From Desulfuromonadales bacterium (GTDB lineage Bacteria > Desulfobacterota > Desulfuromonadia > Desulfuromonadales > SZUA-540), in contig JAWSUS010000002.1 in the NCBI GenBank assembly GCA_033549025.1, forward strand, positions 64,001 to 128,000: DNA of 64,000 nucleotides, written 5' to 3'. A program made the translations under genes and the position numbers. Below the pieces are notes generated by a model. It was not told the DNA's origin, ran no database searches, and was given only the letters and a program-made list of their open reading frames with translations. Each line of letters begins with the position of its first letter. Within the stretch, counting starts at the first letter, position 1. Of this stretch, positions 19,216-32,224 are shown piece by piece.

Positions 19216-19410
19216 TTAGTCTTCCTTCTTGTCGTCGGATATTTTTTTCTTCTCTTCTTCCTGCTCCTCATTCCCTTCTTTGATCCCCTGCTTGAAGTTG
19301 CGCAGACCTTTTCCCAAAGCGCCACCGACCTGCGGCAGCTTTCCGGCGCCAAAAATAATGAGCACCAGCACAAGAATGATGAGCAGTTCCTGGGTTCCGA
19401 GACCGAACAT
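19216..19410 (-). CDS. tatA: Twin-arginine translocase TatA/E
   Basis: [26 protein letters not shown]...LGKGLRNFK. Confidence 0.93.
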   Translation of the reverse strand: MFGLGTQELLIILVLVLIIFGAGKLPQVGGALGKGLRNFKQGIKEGNEEQEEEKKKISDDKKED

Positions 19411-19502
19411 GGCTTAGAATTCTCCTCTATGGGGTATTTCTGTGAAGCATACACTCCTTGCCGATAAAGCTCAACAGCCATTTAAAAAGCCATCACGGCA
19501 TT

Positions 19503-19532
19503 AAAAAAGGGCCGGCATCGCTGCCGGCCCTT
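19503..19532 (-). terminator. Terminator after outer-membrane protein gene
   Basis: AAGGGCCGGCA-tcgc-TGCCGGCCCTT with a 6-T tail on the minus strand. Confidence 0.75.
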
Positions 19533-19555
19533 CGGGGTGGTGCTGCAAGTTCGTA

Positions 19556-21298
19556 TTAGAACTTGACGGTCAGAGAGGCATAGCCATCCCAGGCTTTGTC
19601 CACAACGGGAAGCATCGAGAACGCCGTGCCATTGAGCACATCGTCGACCTTCTGGGGCTTGCCTACAGGAGAACCGCTACCGGTATACTCGTAGTCATAG
19701 TAGATGCCGCCGACTTTGATGAACATGTTGGGGTTGATATCAAAGATGTAGTAAGCCTCACCAGCGTGGCCGCGGGTAGCCAGTTTGCTGCCAATGATGT
19801 CATCCTGAGCCTGAGTGAAGGGGCTCCAGTATTTGGAGCCATAGTTGTACTCAAGGCCGAACTTGCCAAGAGGAGCAGGAACCTGAACACCAGCGTAAAC
19901 ACCATAGCCGTCCCGAGCAGAATCATCGACAACTTTATTCGTCGGCATCGGCATAATAGAATCACTAGTGCCATCCCCATCAGTGTCAACAGGTGCAGCC
20001 ACATAAAGATTGTCACTGCCCATGCCGCCAAACATACCGGCGTCGCCATTGGACTCAAGCCGGGTCCAGCCCAGAGAGGCAAAGTACTTGACGTCATTCA
20101 TCTCTTCGCGGGCATAGCCAAGGCCGCCAAGGAACATATCACCGATGACGGTCGAAGGCTGATAACGAACCATGAAGTTCATGTTGGGGAACTGGCTGGC
20201 ATCCTGGTTGATAGTCGGAGCGAAAAGCTCAACCATCTGAGCCGGGAAAGCGAAGGTCCCCTTGAAGCCATCAACCACGTCGAGTGCTGCAAAAGCAGTC
20301 AACTGCAGGAAGTTGGTGCCGTCATTCAGGATATCGAAGTTGATGCCGCCCAGATGGGTATCGTCAGTAGCAAAGTCATTGCGGGTGAAAAGTTCACCAT
20401 TGCCATACTGGGACTCGAAACCCTGGCCATAGCAGAAACGGATGGTCTGGCCTTCGATACCGGTCAGTTCGCTCAGGTTGTAACCAATGGTAATGCCGTC
20501 AAAGTTGAAGTGAACCAGATGGCCGGAAGGCGTGCCGCCGCGCAGCTCGTTCTCACGATACTGGCTCGGGGGACCGTAAGTCGAAGGACGACGACCGATG
20601 GAGAGGTAGAAGTTGGAACCACCGATGTGGCTCCAGTCAAAGTAGGCGCGCTCAACACGCAGCCAGTCGCCGGTGGTGTTACCGCCATTGGTGCCGTCCA
20701 TGGTGAAAGAATCCCAGGAATCGAACACTTTGACGCCGGTGGAATCGCCCCAGTTCTTGTACATGGCAAGACGGCCTGCGAAATTGACATTGTCATACAC
20801 CTTGGCTTTCATGTTCAGGCGCAGGCGAGTGGTGTACAGAACGTCGTTATCGAGATCACCCTTGGGGGGCTTAACTCCAAGATCATAGCCAAGCATGGAA
20901 AGGTAGCCAACGGGGGGGAGCTGCCCAGCCATAAAGGCGGCAGCAAGATTGGGATTTTCCCCCATAAACGACCCGAGAAGAGACGTAGGATCTGTCGGAT
21001 CACCAAAGACTCCACCCATCGCGTCTGCACCAAACTGAGCCATATCGACAGCCACACCGGGATTCCAGGCCACATCACTGTAATGCAGGGTGTCGGCCTT
21101 GGCGCGCATGTCGCCGGAAAATTCGATGCGGTCGAGAGCAGTGTGCTTCTCGGTTTTGTCGACGCGGCCGGAGAGGTAATCGACTTCGTCGGTCAGTTCT
21201 TCGATCTTCTTCTGCAGTTCCTCGATGCTGGTAGCTGCCAGAGCGGTGGCAGGCGCTACGAGCAGGGCGGCCAGCAGAATGGCCATCAGTTTACGCAT
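19556..21298 (-). CDS. Outer-membrane beta-barrel protein, DUF3373-like
   Basis: Signal peptide, N-terminal coiled coil, TTRLRLNM, GRLAMYKNWG, VERAYF, SIGRRPST, EYNYGSKYW, KLATRG, C-terminal F. Confidence 0.75.
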   Translation of the reverse strand: MRKLMAILLAALLVAPATALAATSIEELQKKIEELTDEVDYLSGRVDKTEKHTALDRIEFSGDMRAKADTLHYSDVAWNPGVAVDMAQFGADAMGGVFGDPTDPTSLLGSFMGENPNLAAAFMAGQLPPVGYLSMLGYDLGVKPPKGDLDNDVLYTTRLRLNMKAKVYDNVNFAGRLAMYKNWGDSTGVKVFDSWDSFTMDGTNGGNTTGDWLRVERAYFDWSHIGGSNFYLSIGRRPSTYGPPSQYRENELRGGTPSGHLVHFNFDGITIGYNLSELTGIEGQTIRFCYGQGFESQYGNGELFTRNDFATDDTHLGGINFDILNDGTNFLQLTAFAALDVVDGFKGTFAFPAQMVELFAPTINQDASQFPNMNFMVRYQPSTVIGDMFLGGLGYAREEMNDVKYFASLGWTRLESNGDAGMFGGMGSDNLYVAAPVDTDGDGTSDSIMPMPTNKVVDDSARDGYGVYAGVQVPAPLGKFGLEYNYGSKYWSPFTQAQDDIIGSKLATRGHAGEAYYIFDINPNMFIKVGGIYYDYEYTGSGSPVGKPQKVDDVLNGTAFSMLPVVDKAWDGYASLTVKF

Positions 21299-21353
21299 TT
21301 TGTGCCTCCTTGGTTGATAGAATCAACGTGGTTTGTGGTACCGGGCAAAAACA

Positions 21354-21381
21354 ATCCCTGCCCGCATAAACGGGCAGGGAT
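21354..21381. repeat. Intercistronic hairpin
   Basis: ATCCCTGCCCG-cataaa-CGGGCAGGGAT. Confidence 0.7.
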
Positions 21382-21388
21382 ATCTTAA

Positions 21389-21715
21389 TTAACCGCAGGT
21401 CTGGGGCTGGGGGCCGTCAGCAGCGTGGTCATAGAGGAACTGCTGGATGTCGAGCAGATCCTTTTCGCTGATGCCCTCGAATGCCTCGGGCTTGGCAGCA
21501 TGCTTGTCACGCTCGAAGAAACGGTCCCACTGGGCCATGGTCTTGCTCAGAGGGGTCAGGTTGCCGCCCTCAGCGCCTTCAGTATGGCAGGATTTGCAGT
21601 TTTTCTTGTACAGATACTTGCCTTTTTTGGGATTGCCGCCGGTTACCGCAAAGGCCGAGGTAGCCATGAAGCCGACCAGAGCCAAAACAGCCGCTGCTTT
21701 CATCACCTTTTTCAT
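21389..21715 (-). CDS. Periplasmic monoheme cytochrome c
   Basis: Signal peptide (AFA), GKYLYKKNCKSCH, C-terminal TCG; RBS GGAGG. Confidence 0.85.
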   Translation of the reverse strand: MKKVMKAAAVLALVGFMATSAFAVTGGNPKKGKYLYKKNCKSCHTEGAEGGNLTPLSKTMAQWDRFFERDKHAAKPEAFEGISEKDLLDIQQFLYDHAADGPQPQTCG

Positions 21716-22252
21716 ACCTAATCTTCCTCCCATTGCTTCTTGTTGCGGCGCCCGCGCACCATACGCAGCCGCCAAATTGTCAAAACGGGTTCTTGTTATC
21801 ACCGGACCAGTAAAGAATCAAGCAAAAATTCCCTACATATAGATACCGGAATATAACAATCAAATAAAAGCAATATACAAATGACGCAAGATATGCGAAC
21901 CGATATATGGCGAATACACGCTTCATGCCAACCAGACCGACAACGCTTGGAGTCATGTGTTTTCAAGAACTACCCTTTCTTTTAATCTGATTTTAACCTT
22001 CTGGCATCATCGGCTTTTTACGCGATATGGCAAATCTGGCCGCGAAAACACCGGCCATAACACGGCATGCCTCCCCCGCGTTCTGAGCACCCTTGAAACA
22101 CCTCCAAAAATGTCCCTTTTTCCCGCCAGTTGCCTTTTTATTCGGCCGGCTTTCACCTTGACATCAACCGGCAGTGTTGCTAACGTACGCTTTTGTTTGG
22201 CTGGTTTCCTCTGTAGCCTTAGGCGTTTTTCCGAATATTCAGGTTCTGGCCT

Positions 22253-23836
22253 ATGAAAGTGCTTGTTTCCGACAATTTCTCCCCCGCAGGCCTGGAGGTC
22301 TTTAAACAAGCCGAAGGCATTGAACTCTGCTACCATCCCGGACTCTCCCCCGAAGATCTTCTTAAAGAAGTAGCCGACGCCGACGCCCTGGTCGTGCGCG
22401 GCGGCACCCAGGTAACCGAAGAGGTATTGCTGGCCGCCGCCCGACTCAAAGTGGTTGGCCGGGCCGGCATTGGTATTGAAAACATGGATCTGGCCGCTGC
22501 CAATCGCAAGGGCGTGGTGGTTATGAACACCCCCTTTGGCAGTACCACCACGACAGCTGAACACACCATCGCCATGCTGATGGCCCTCGCCCGGCAGATT
22601 CCGCTGGCGAGCCAGTCGACCAAGTCCGGCCACTGGGAAAAGGATCGTTTCACGGGCGTGGAGATCGCTGGCAAGACACTGGGCGTTATTGGTGGGGGCA
22701 AGATTGGCCGACTGGTCATTGAGACCGCCCTCTGTCTCAAGATGCGCGTGCTGCTTTACGATCCCTACCTGTCCGGCGAAATGGCGCGTCAACTGATGGC
22801 CGAGCAGGTTGACCTCGACGATCTGCTGCAGCGCTCTGACTTCATCACTCTCCACGTCCCCCTAAACAGCGAGACCGTCAATATTCTCGACGAGGAGTCC
22901 TTACAAAAAGTCAAGCCCGGCTGCCGTATTATCAACTGCGCCATCGGCGGACTCATCGATGAGGAAGCGCTGGCCAGGGGCATAGAGAGTGGACGTATCG
23001 CCGGCGCGGCTCTCGATGTTTTCAGCAAGGAGCCTCCCCAGAAGGATAACCCTCTACTTTCTCTTCCCCAGGTTATCTGCACACCTCATCTGCGGGCGGC
23101 GACAACAGATGCGCAGATCAATGTCACGGTTCAGGTGGCGCGACAGATCGTCGATTTTCTCCTGCGGGGCAACATCGTCAATGCCATCAATGTGCCGTCC
23201 ATCAGCGCCGAACTGCTGGCGGTCATGAAGCCCTACATCGACCTGGCCGGGCGGCTAGGCTCCTTTCAGGCGCAACTTTGCGCCCGCGGCCTGGAGAAGC
23301 TCACCATCGAATATGCCGGCAGCGTCACCGACTTTCCCACGGAGCCCTTGACTCTCTCCCTGCTCAAGGGCCTGCTGACCCCCATGATCGGGTCCATGGT
23401 CAACTATGTGAACGCTCCGCACCTGGCTGAAGAACGGGGAATCAAAGTGCTGGAGACCCGCAGCAAAGCCTCTGAGGGGTTCGCCAACATGATCCGCCTG
23501 ACGGTGCATTGCGCCGACGGGGTACGTTCCGTCTGCGGCGCTCTCTTCGGCGAGGAGGATTACCGCATTGTCCGCGTGGACGACTACCCGGTGGAAGCTG
23601 TCCCCGATGGGCACCTCCTCGTCCTGCACAACGATGATCGCCCTGGCGTGATTGGCTTTATTGGCTACACCCTGGCCGAGGCCGGCATCAACGTCGCCAT
23701 GATGAATCTTTCCCGTCGAAAGATCAAAGGAAGGGCCATTTCGCTGATCAATGTCGACAGTGAAATCCCCGAAGAGGTTCTGACCAACATGCGCAACAAC
23801 GCCCATATCCTTTCGGCGGTGCAGGTCAGGCTCTGA
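22253..23836 (+). CDS. serA: D-3-phosphoglycerate dehydrogenase homolog (ASB + ACT domains) with atypical active site
   Basis: VVGRAGIGIEN, TAEHT, GxGKIG, ALDVFSKEP, TPHL, C-terminal NDDRPGVIG ACT domain. Confidence 0.8.
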   Translation: MKVLVSDNFSPAGLEVFKQAEGIELCYHPGLSPEDLLKEVADADALVVRGGTQVTEEVLLAAARLKVVGRAGIGIENMDLAAANRKGVVVMNTPFGSTTTTAEHTIAMLMALARQIPLASQSTKSGHWEKDRFTGVEIAGKTLGVIGGGKIGRLVIETALCLKMRVLLYDPYLSGEMARQLMAEQVDLDDLLQRSDFITLHVPLNSETVNILDEESLQKVKPGCRIINCAIGGLIDEEALARGIESGRIAGAALDVFSKEPPQKDNPLLSLPQVICTPHLRAATTDAQINVTVQVARQIVDFLLRGNIVNAINVPSISAELLAVMKPYIDLAGRLGSFQAQLCARGLEKLTIEYAGSVTDFPTEPLTLSLLKGLLTPMIGSMVNYVNAPHLAEERGIKVLETRSKASEGFANMIRLTVHCADGVRSVCGALFGEEDYRIVRVDDYPVEAVPDGHLLVLHNDDRPGVIGFIGYTLAEAGINVAMMNLSRRKIKGRAISLINVDSEIPEEVLTNMRNNAHILSAVQVRL

Positions 23837-23910
23837 CCAGGTGCCGCTTGAATGAGACCGATCGCCCAGGCGGTCGATACGAACACAAGACTTTGTAACG
23901 GATATCAACC

Positions 23911-26515
<2,605 letters not shown>

Positions 26516-26549
26516 GATACAGGGCTGAAGATTTTTTTTGAAAAAGGGG

Positions 26550-26578
26550 TTGACTTCCCCAAAGGGTTCCAGTATAAA
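26550..26578 (+). promoter_or_regulatory. Sigma70 promoter of tRNA-Lys/Glu
   Basis: TTGACT-17 nt-TATAAA with an upstream A/T tract. Confidence 0.8.
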
Positions 26579-26594
26579 GTCATTCCTGTTGCAC

Positions 26595-26670
26595 GAGCCG
26601 CTAGCTCAGATGGTAGAGCATCTGACTTTTAATCAGATGGTCGTTGGTTCGATCCCAACGCGGCTCACCA
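26595..26670 (+). tRNA. tRNA-Lys (TTT)
   Basis: GAGCCGCTAGCTCAGATGGTAGAGC, CTTTTAA anticodon loop, GGTTCGATCC, CCA end. Confidence 0.97.
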
Positions 26671-26722
26671 AGTCAAACCGTACACAGCGGGGTCATTTCC
26701 CGCGGGGTACTTGAAAGTTCAA

Positions 26723-26800
26723 GTCCCTATCGTCTAGCCTGGCCCAGGACACCGCCCTTTCACGGCGGCGACGGGGGTTCGAATCCCCCTGGGGACGCCA
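26723..26800 (+). tRNA. tRNA-Glu (TTC)
   Basis: GTCCCTATCGTCTAG...CCTTTCACGG...GGTTCGAATCC...GGGGACGCCA. Confidence 0.97.
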
Positions 26801-26804
26801 AAAG

Positions 26805-26846
26805 AAAACGCCCCTTCCGATGCAGAATCGGAAGGGGCGTTTTTTT
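26805..26846 (+). terminator. Rho-independent terminator after tRNAs
   Basis: AAAACGCCCCTTCCGAT...ATCGGAAGGGGCGTTTTTTT. Confidence 0.88.
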
Positions 26847-26998
26847 GTATTCACGGGCAAAGCGAGCCACCGTCGCAGTTGCTCCCTGACCTTACGGAGA
26901 TTGTCAGCCGTACCTTGAAGGATACGGAGAGGCCAAGGCATATAGGTCTAGAAAACGGAACCGAAGTGCGTAATAATAACCATTTTCCGAGGAACCCC

Positions 26999-27457
26999 AT
27001 GACCGCATCCAAGAAAATTGTCGAAATATTCAGCGACGGTGCCTGTTCCGGCAACCCCGGCCCCGGCGGTTGGGGCACCCTTCTGCGCTATGAAGGGCAG
27101 GTGAAGGAGTTGTCCGGCTTTGATCCGCAGACGACCAACAACCGCATGGAGATGATGGCCGCCATCGCCGGCCTTGAAGCGCTCAAGCGCCCCTGCCAGG
27201 TTCAATTGACCACCGACTCCCAATACCTGTACAAAGGGATGACCGAGTGGATTCAGGGCTGGATTCGCAAAGGCTGGAAGAATTCCAAGAAGGAAGAGGT
27301 TCTCAACCGCGACCTCTGGGAGCGTCTGCTGGCCGCTGTGAACGGGCACCAGGTCACCTGGGCCTGGGTGCGTGGCCACGCCGGTCACCCAGAAAATGAA
27401 CGCTGCGACGAACTGGCCCGCGCCGCCATTGTCGAAGGTCTTGCCCGCCGGGGCTGA
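26999..27457 (+). CDS. rnhA: Ribonuclease HI
   Basis: [42 protein letters not shown]. Confidence 0.96.
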   Translation: MTASKKIVEIFSDGACSGNPGPGGWGTLLRYEGQVKELSGFDPQTTNNRMEMMAAIAGLEALKRPCQVQLTTDSQYLYKGMTEWIQGWIRKGWKNSKKEEVLNRDLWERLLAAVNGHQVTWAWVRGHAGHPENERCDELARAAIVEGLARRG

Positions 27458-27615
27458 CATCCCAGCCTATTAGACAATTTCCTACTTTGTGTTATTGTTT
27501 CAACTGGTTGTCTATTCGGTCGCTTACGACCGTGTCTGCACCGATCCTGGCTGCCCCTTCAGCGGGTATCCGCCAGAATCCCGTATCCTCATAACCAGGC
27601 AACGCGGATCCTATC

Positions 27616-28062
27616 ATGCCCTCAACTTCCGCCCATACCCCCGTCTTGCCGGCGGGCGGAGAACTCGCGCCTTCTTTCGAGGCCCTGCTGTCGCTGGGGC
27701 TGTATGCCGCTATCGCGCTTTTTCTCGTCGGCATCCTGCTCCTGCTGGCCTGGACCCTGGGCCATAAAACCCGCCATCCCGTAAAACAACAGCCGTACGA
27801 ATCGGGCATCGCTCCCACGGGTAGCGCCCGTCTAGGCGAACCTGTTCCCTTTTATCTCGTCGCCATCTTCTTTATCGTTTTTGATGTGGAGATCATCTTT
27901 GTCGTCTCCTGGGCGGTGGCGTACGACCTGCTGGGTTGGGCCGGGTTCTTTCAGATCACCTTTTTTATTGCCATGCTTTTTGTCGGTCTGCTGTACCTGT
28001 GGAAAGCCGGCGGGCTCGAATGGGGCCCCAGCGCCAGGCATCGCAAAGGGGGTGGGCCGTGA
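27616..28062 (+). CDS. nuoA: NADH-quinone oxidoreductase subunit A
   Basis: [24 protein letters not shown]. Confidence 0.93.
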   Translation: MPSTSAHTPVLPAGGELAPSFEALLSLGLYAAIALFLVGILLLLAWTLGHKTRHPVKQQPYESGIAPTGSARLGEPVPFYLVAIFFIVFDVEIIFVVSWAVAYDLLGWAGFFQITFFIAMLFVGLLYLWKAGGLEWGPSARHRKGGGP

Positions 28063-30443
28063 AGGAGAATATCCCGCCGGACATCATCCTCACCACCCTC
28101 GATGACGCCATCAACTGGGGGCGCAAAAACAGCCTTTGGCCCATGTTTTTCGGCCTGTCCTGCTGCTTCGTTGAAATGATGACCAGCATGACCCCGCGTT
28201 TCGACCTGGCCCGCTTCGGCGCCGAGGTGCTGCGCGGCAGCCCCCGAGAAGCCGACCTCATGGTGATCGCCGGCACCCCCTTTAAAAAGATGGGGGCGTC
28301 CATCCTCCGTCTTTACGAGCAGATGGCCAATCCCAAGTGGGTCATCGCCATGGGCAGCTGCGCCAATTCTGGCGGCATGTACGACACCTACAGCGTCATT
28401 CAGGGCGTGAACCAGATCATCCCCGTCGATGTCTATGTTCCCGGCTGCCCTCCCCGCCCCGAAGCCTTTATGCAAGGGCTCATGCTGCTGCAGGATAAAA
28501 TCGCTCGCGAAGAACGGCCGGCACGCCCCGTGCTCGGCCTCCCCGGCGGCAGCGAGGGCACCACCGTGCCTGTTCTCGTGGACGGTGTCAGCAAGAGCCG
28601 CGACACACGCGGACCCGGCTACGCCTTCAGTCCCATTCGCGGCACCTCCCAGCAACCCCCCGACTTTCGGCAAAACCGCGCGGACAGGATCTGGCGACCG
28701 CCACAACCGCAGGTGGAATTTCCCCAAACCGACGACCTTCTGCGCGCGGTGCAGGAGCGCTTCGCCGAAGCGGTAAAGCTCGATCCACTGGGGGTTGACA
28801 TGCCGACTCTGGTCGCTGCGCCTGAAAAAGCGACCGAGGTGCTGCGTTTTCTCAAAGAGGAGGCGCCGCAGCAATACCGTCGTCTGGAGGACATCACCGC
28901 CATCGACGAGTCGACGCGACGGGCCCGCCCCTCTCATGGCACCACCCTGGTCTATCACCTGCTCTCTTTCGAAGCGCAGAGCTACCTCCGCCTCAAGGTC
29001 CCTTTGCAGGGAGAGCATCCCCAAGCGGCCAGCGTTACCGACATCTGGCCGGCGGCCAACTGGTATGAGCGGGAAGCCTATGACATGTTCGGCATCTCTT
29101 TTGCGGGGCACCCCGATCTGCGGCGGATACTGATGCCCGATAGCTGGCAAGGGCACCCTTTGCGCAAAGCCCACCCTTTCCGCGCCACGGAGATGCCCCC
29201 CTACACGGCGGCCACGGCCGCCACCATGGTGCCCCGGGACGGCGGTGATTTTTTCAAGAGCCGCGCCGTAGGCGAAGATGAAGGGACGATGGTTCTCAAC
29301 GTCGGTCCTCATCACCCCGGCACCCACGGGGTGCTGCGTCTTATTTTGAAACTGCGAGGAGAAGAGATCGACGATATCGACGCGGACATCGGCTACCACC
29401 ACCGGGCGGCCGAAAAGACCGGCGAGCGTCAGCACTGGAACCAGTTCATCCCCTACACCGACCGCATCGACTACCTGTCGGGTGTCATGAACAACCTGGC
29501 CTACCTCTATCCCCTGGAGACCCTGCTCGGAGTGGAGGTGCCGGCACGCGCCCAGACGGTGCGCATCATGCTGTGTGAACTCTTTCGCATCGCCAGCCAT
29601 CTGGTCTGGCTCGGCACCTTCGGCAACGATGTCGGCGCCATGACCCCCGTTTTTTACACCTTCGAGTCACGGGAAAAGATTTTCGATATCGTCGAGATGA
29701 TCACGGGGGGCCGCATGCACCCGGCCTGGTTTCGCGTCGGCGGCCTACCCGACGACCTTCCTGACGGCTGGAAGGCCGTGGTTGACACCTTCACCCGCGA
29801 CTTTGCAGCGCGACTGGACGAGCTGGAAAAAATGTTCAGCAACGGCCCCATCTTCCGGGCCCGCACCGAAGGAGTCGGCGTTCTAACCACCGATGAGGCC
29901 CTCGACTGGGGAGTGAGCGGGCCGAACCTGCGGGCGACGGGCCTCGCCTGGGACCTGCGCCGCGCCATGCCCTACGGCGGCTACGACAGGTTCGATTTTG
30001 AGGTCGCCACCGCTCAGGGAGGGGACTGTTACGCCCGCTACCTGGTGCGATTGCAGGAGATGCGGCAGAGCCTGAACATCGTCAGGCAATGTGCTGAAAA
30101 GATGCCCGGGGGACGCTGGGTTACCGACGACTACCGCTACGTCTATCCCAAAAAGGCTGACGGGCTGCGCGATATCGAGAGCCTCATTCACCATTTCGTC
30201 AACCTCTCCCGTGGCCTGACACCACCGGCGGGGGAATGCTACCGAGCCATCGAATCGAGCAAGGGGGAGTGCGGCTACTATCTGGTCAGTGACGGCGGCA
30301 ACGTCCCTTACCGTCTGCGCATCCGCACGCCGTCCTTCGCCCACATGCAGACCTTGCCGCTACTGAGCCGGGGCTGGATGGTCGCCGATCTCTTCACCAT
30401 CCTGGCTTCCATCGATTTCGTCCTGGCCGATCTGGATCGCTGA
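28059..30443 (+). CDS. nuoBCD: Fused NADH-quinone oxidoreductase subunits B/C/D
   Basis: GLSCCFVE and VPGCPPRPE (B); [11 protein letters not shown] and GHPLRK (C); [12 protein letters not shown] and DFVLADLDR (D) in one frame; GTG start overlaps the nuoA stop. Confidence 0.92.
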   Translation: MKENIPPDIILTTLDDAINWGRKNSLWPMFFGLSCCFVEMMTSMTPRFDLARFGAEVLRGSPREADLMVIAGTPFKKMGASILRLYEQMANPKWVIAMGSCANSGGMYDTYSVIQGVNQIIPVDVYVPGCPPRPEAFMQGLMLLQDKIAREERPARPVLGLPGGSEGTTVPVLVDGVSKSRDTRGPGYAFSPIRGTSQQPPDFRQNRADRIWRPPQPQVEFPQTDDLLRAVQERFAEAVKLDPLGVDMPTLVAAPEKATEVLRFLKEEAPQQYRRLEDITAIDESTRRARPSHGTTLVYHLLSFEAQSYLRLKVPLQGEHPQAASVTDIWPAANWYEREAYDMFGISFAGHPDLRRILMPDSWQGHPLRKAHPFRATEMPPYTAATAATMVPRDGGDFFKSRAVGEDEGTMVLNVGPHHPGTHGVLRLILKLRGEEIDDIDADIGYHHRAAEKTGERQHWNQFIPYTDRIDYLSGVMNNLAYLYPLETLLGVEVPARAQTVRIMLCELFRIASHLVWLGTFGNDVGAMTPVFYTFESREKIFDIVEMITGGRMHPAWFRVGGLPDDLPDGWKAVVDTFTRDFAARLDELEKMFSNGPIFRARTEGVGVLTTDEALDWGVSGPNLRATGLAWDLRRAMPYGGYDRFDFEVATAQGGDCYARYLVRLQEMRQSLNIVRQCAEKMPGGRWVTDDYRYVYPKKADGLRDIESLIHHFVNLSRGLTPPAGECYRAIESSKGECGYYLVSDGGNVPYRLRIRTPSFAHMQTLPLLSRGWMVADLFTILASIDFVLADLDR

Positions 30444-30444
30444 T

Positions 30445-30936
30445 ATGGCACCTGAACTGCTGAGTCCACAAAAACTGGAAGAGTTTCGAGAGCGCGTCAC
30501 TCGCTCGGAGCACCCCCGCGAGCTGGTCATCGACGTATTGCGTGCCATTCAGGAGGAATACGGCTGGGTTCCGGACGAAGGCGTGGTATTGACGGCTTCC
30601 CTGTTGGGGCTGTCCCCTTTGCAGGTGGAAGAAATCGCCACCTTCTACGACAAGATATTCCGTCAGCCGGTGGGACGGCGGGTTATTCACGTGTGCGACT
30701 CCATCTGCTGCTGGAGCCGGGGGGGTGAAGGGATCGTACGGCATCTGCAGGACAGGCTCGGCATCGCCCTGGGCGAGACCACCGCTGACGGGGCCTTCAC
30801 CCTGCTGCCGACCTGCTGCCTGGGGGCCTGCGGCCAGGCCCCGGCCATGATGATCGGTTTTACCCTCTATGGACACCTGGACGCGCAGAAGATCGACGCC
30901 ATTCTGGCGGCCGAACGAACCGGGGGCACACCATGA
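30445..30936 (+). CDS. nuoE: NADH-quinone oxidoreductase subunit E
   Basis: ATFYD, VCDSICC, CCLGACGQAP. Confidence 0.93.
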   Translation: MAPELLSPQKLEEFRERVTRSEHPRELVIDVLRAIQEEYGWVPDEGVVLTASLLGLSPLQVEEIATFYDKIFRQPVGRRVIHVCDSICCWSRGGEGIVRHLQDRLGIALGETTADGAFTLLPTCCLGACGQAPAMMIGFTLYGHLDAQKIDAILAAERTGGTP

Positions 30937-32210
30937 AAAAACACACCCTGCTCCTCTTCAAAAACCGGCGGCCCGGCGAATGCGTCTTTTTGGAGGAATA
31001 CCGCCGACAGGGAGGCTACACGGCGCTGGCCAAAGCTCTGAAACAGATGGACCCGGCCGCCGTGCGCGACGTCGTCAAGGCCTCCGGCTTGCGCGGCCGC
31101 GGCGGCGCCGGCTTTCCGACCGGGGTCAAATGGTCTTTTTTCCCCTCGGAGCAGCCGGGACAGAAATACCTGGTGTGCAATGGCGACGAGATGGAGCCGG
31201 GGACCTACAAGGATCGCCAGTTGCTGGAAGCCGACCCGCACCAGTTGGTGGAAGGGATGATCCTCGCCGCCTACGCCATGCAGATCCCCACGGGTTTTAT
31301 TTTTATCCGCTACGCCTACCGCCAGGCCATGCGCAATCTGGAGAGGGCCATCGCCGAAGCGGCGCAGGCCGGCCTGCTGGGCCAGAACATCCTCGGCTCC
31401 GGTTTTTCCTTCGACCTTCACGTACACGGCAGCGCCGGGCGCTATATCCTCGGCGAGGAAACGGCCCTGCTCAACGGTCTGGAAGGCAAGCGCGCCAACC
31501 CCCGTTCCAAGCCGCCCTTTCCGGCCGTGCGCGGCCTCTTCGGCAAGCCGACCACGGTGAACAACGTGGAGACGCTGGCCAACATTCCCCATATCATCCA
31601 TGGCGGGGCCGACTGGTTTGCCAGCCTCGCCTATACGGAAAAGGGGGCCGGCACCAAGCTCTACGGCCTTTCGGGACACCTGGAGCGCACCGAATGTCAC
31701 GAACTGCCCATCGGCATCACCCTGGGCGATCTCATCACCGAATACGGCGGAGGCGTCTGGAAAGGGCGCGCCTTCAAGGCCTGTCTGCCCGGCGGGGCCT
31801 CCACCCCCTTTCTGATCGCCGAACATCTGGCGGTGCCGCTGGACTACGAAGCCCTGGAGCAGGTCGGCAGCCGCCTGGGGACGGGCGGGGTCACCGTCTT
31901 CGATGACCACACCTGCATGGTCGCCGCCACCCTTAACCTCAACCGTTTCTTTGCCCGGGAAAGCTGCGGCTGGTGCACGCCCTGCAGGGACGGGTTGCCC
32001 ATGGTCTCCTGGCTGCTGGAAAAAATTGAGAAGGGGCAGGGAAACATGGACGATCTCGACATGCTGCGCGGCCAGGTGCGCAACATCAACGGCCGCTCCT
32101 TCTGCGCCCTGGCCATGGGGGCGATGGGGCCGGTCGAGAGCCTGCTGCGCCTCTTTGAGGAAGAACTCGTTGACCATATTCGCCGGGGTCGCTGCCCCCT
32201 TGCTAACTGA
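30933..32210 (+). CDS. nuoF: NADH-quinone oxidoreductase subunit F
   Basis: GLRGRGGAGFPTG, NGDEMEPGT, GEETALL, ESCGWCTPCR. Confidence 0.95.
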   Translation: MKKHTLLLFKNRRPGECVFLEEYRRQGGYTALAKALKQMDPAAVRDVVKASGLRGRGGAGFPTGVKWSFFPSEQPGQKYLVCNGDEMEPGTYKDRQLLEADPHQLVEGMILAAYAMQIPTGFIFIRYAYRQAMRNLERAIAEAAQAGLLGQNILGSGFSFDLHVHGSAGRYILGEETALLNGLEGKRANPRSKPPFPAVRGLFGKPTTVNNVETLANIPHIIHGGADWFASLAYTEKGAGTKLYGLSGHLERTECHELPIGITLGDLITEYGGGVWKGRAFKACLPGGASTPFLIAEHLAVPLDYEALEQVGSRLGTGGVTVFDDHTCMVAATLNLNRFFARESCGWCTPCRDGLPMVSWLLEKIEKGQGNMDDLDMLRGQVRNINGRSFCALAMGAMGPVESLLRLFEEELVDHIRRGRCPLAN

Positions 32211-32224
32211 CGATGTGAACTGCC

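Noticed and set aside
21915..21930. Sigma54-like promoter TGGCATGAAGCGTGTA (minus strand) upstream of the cytochrome gene
   Set aside because: The -12 element is GT rather than GC and there is no supporting evidence; too weak to call
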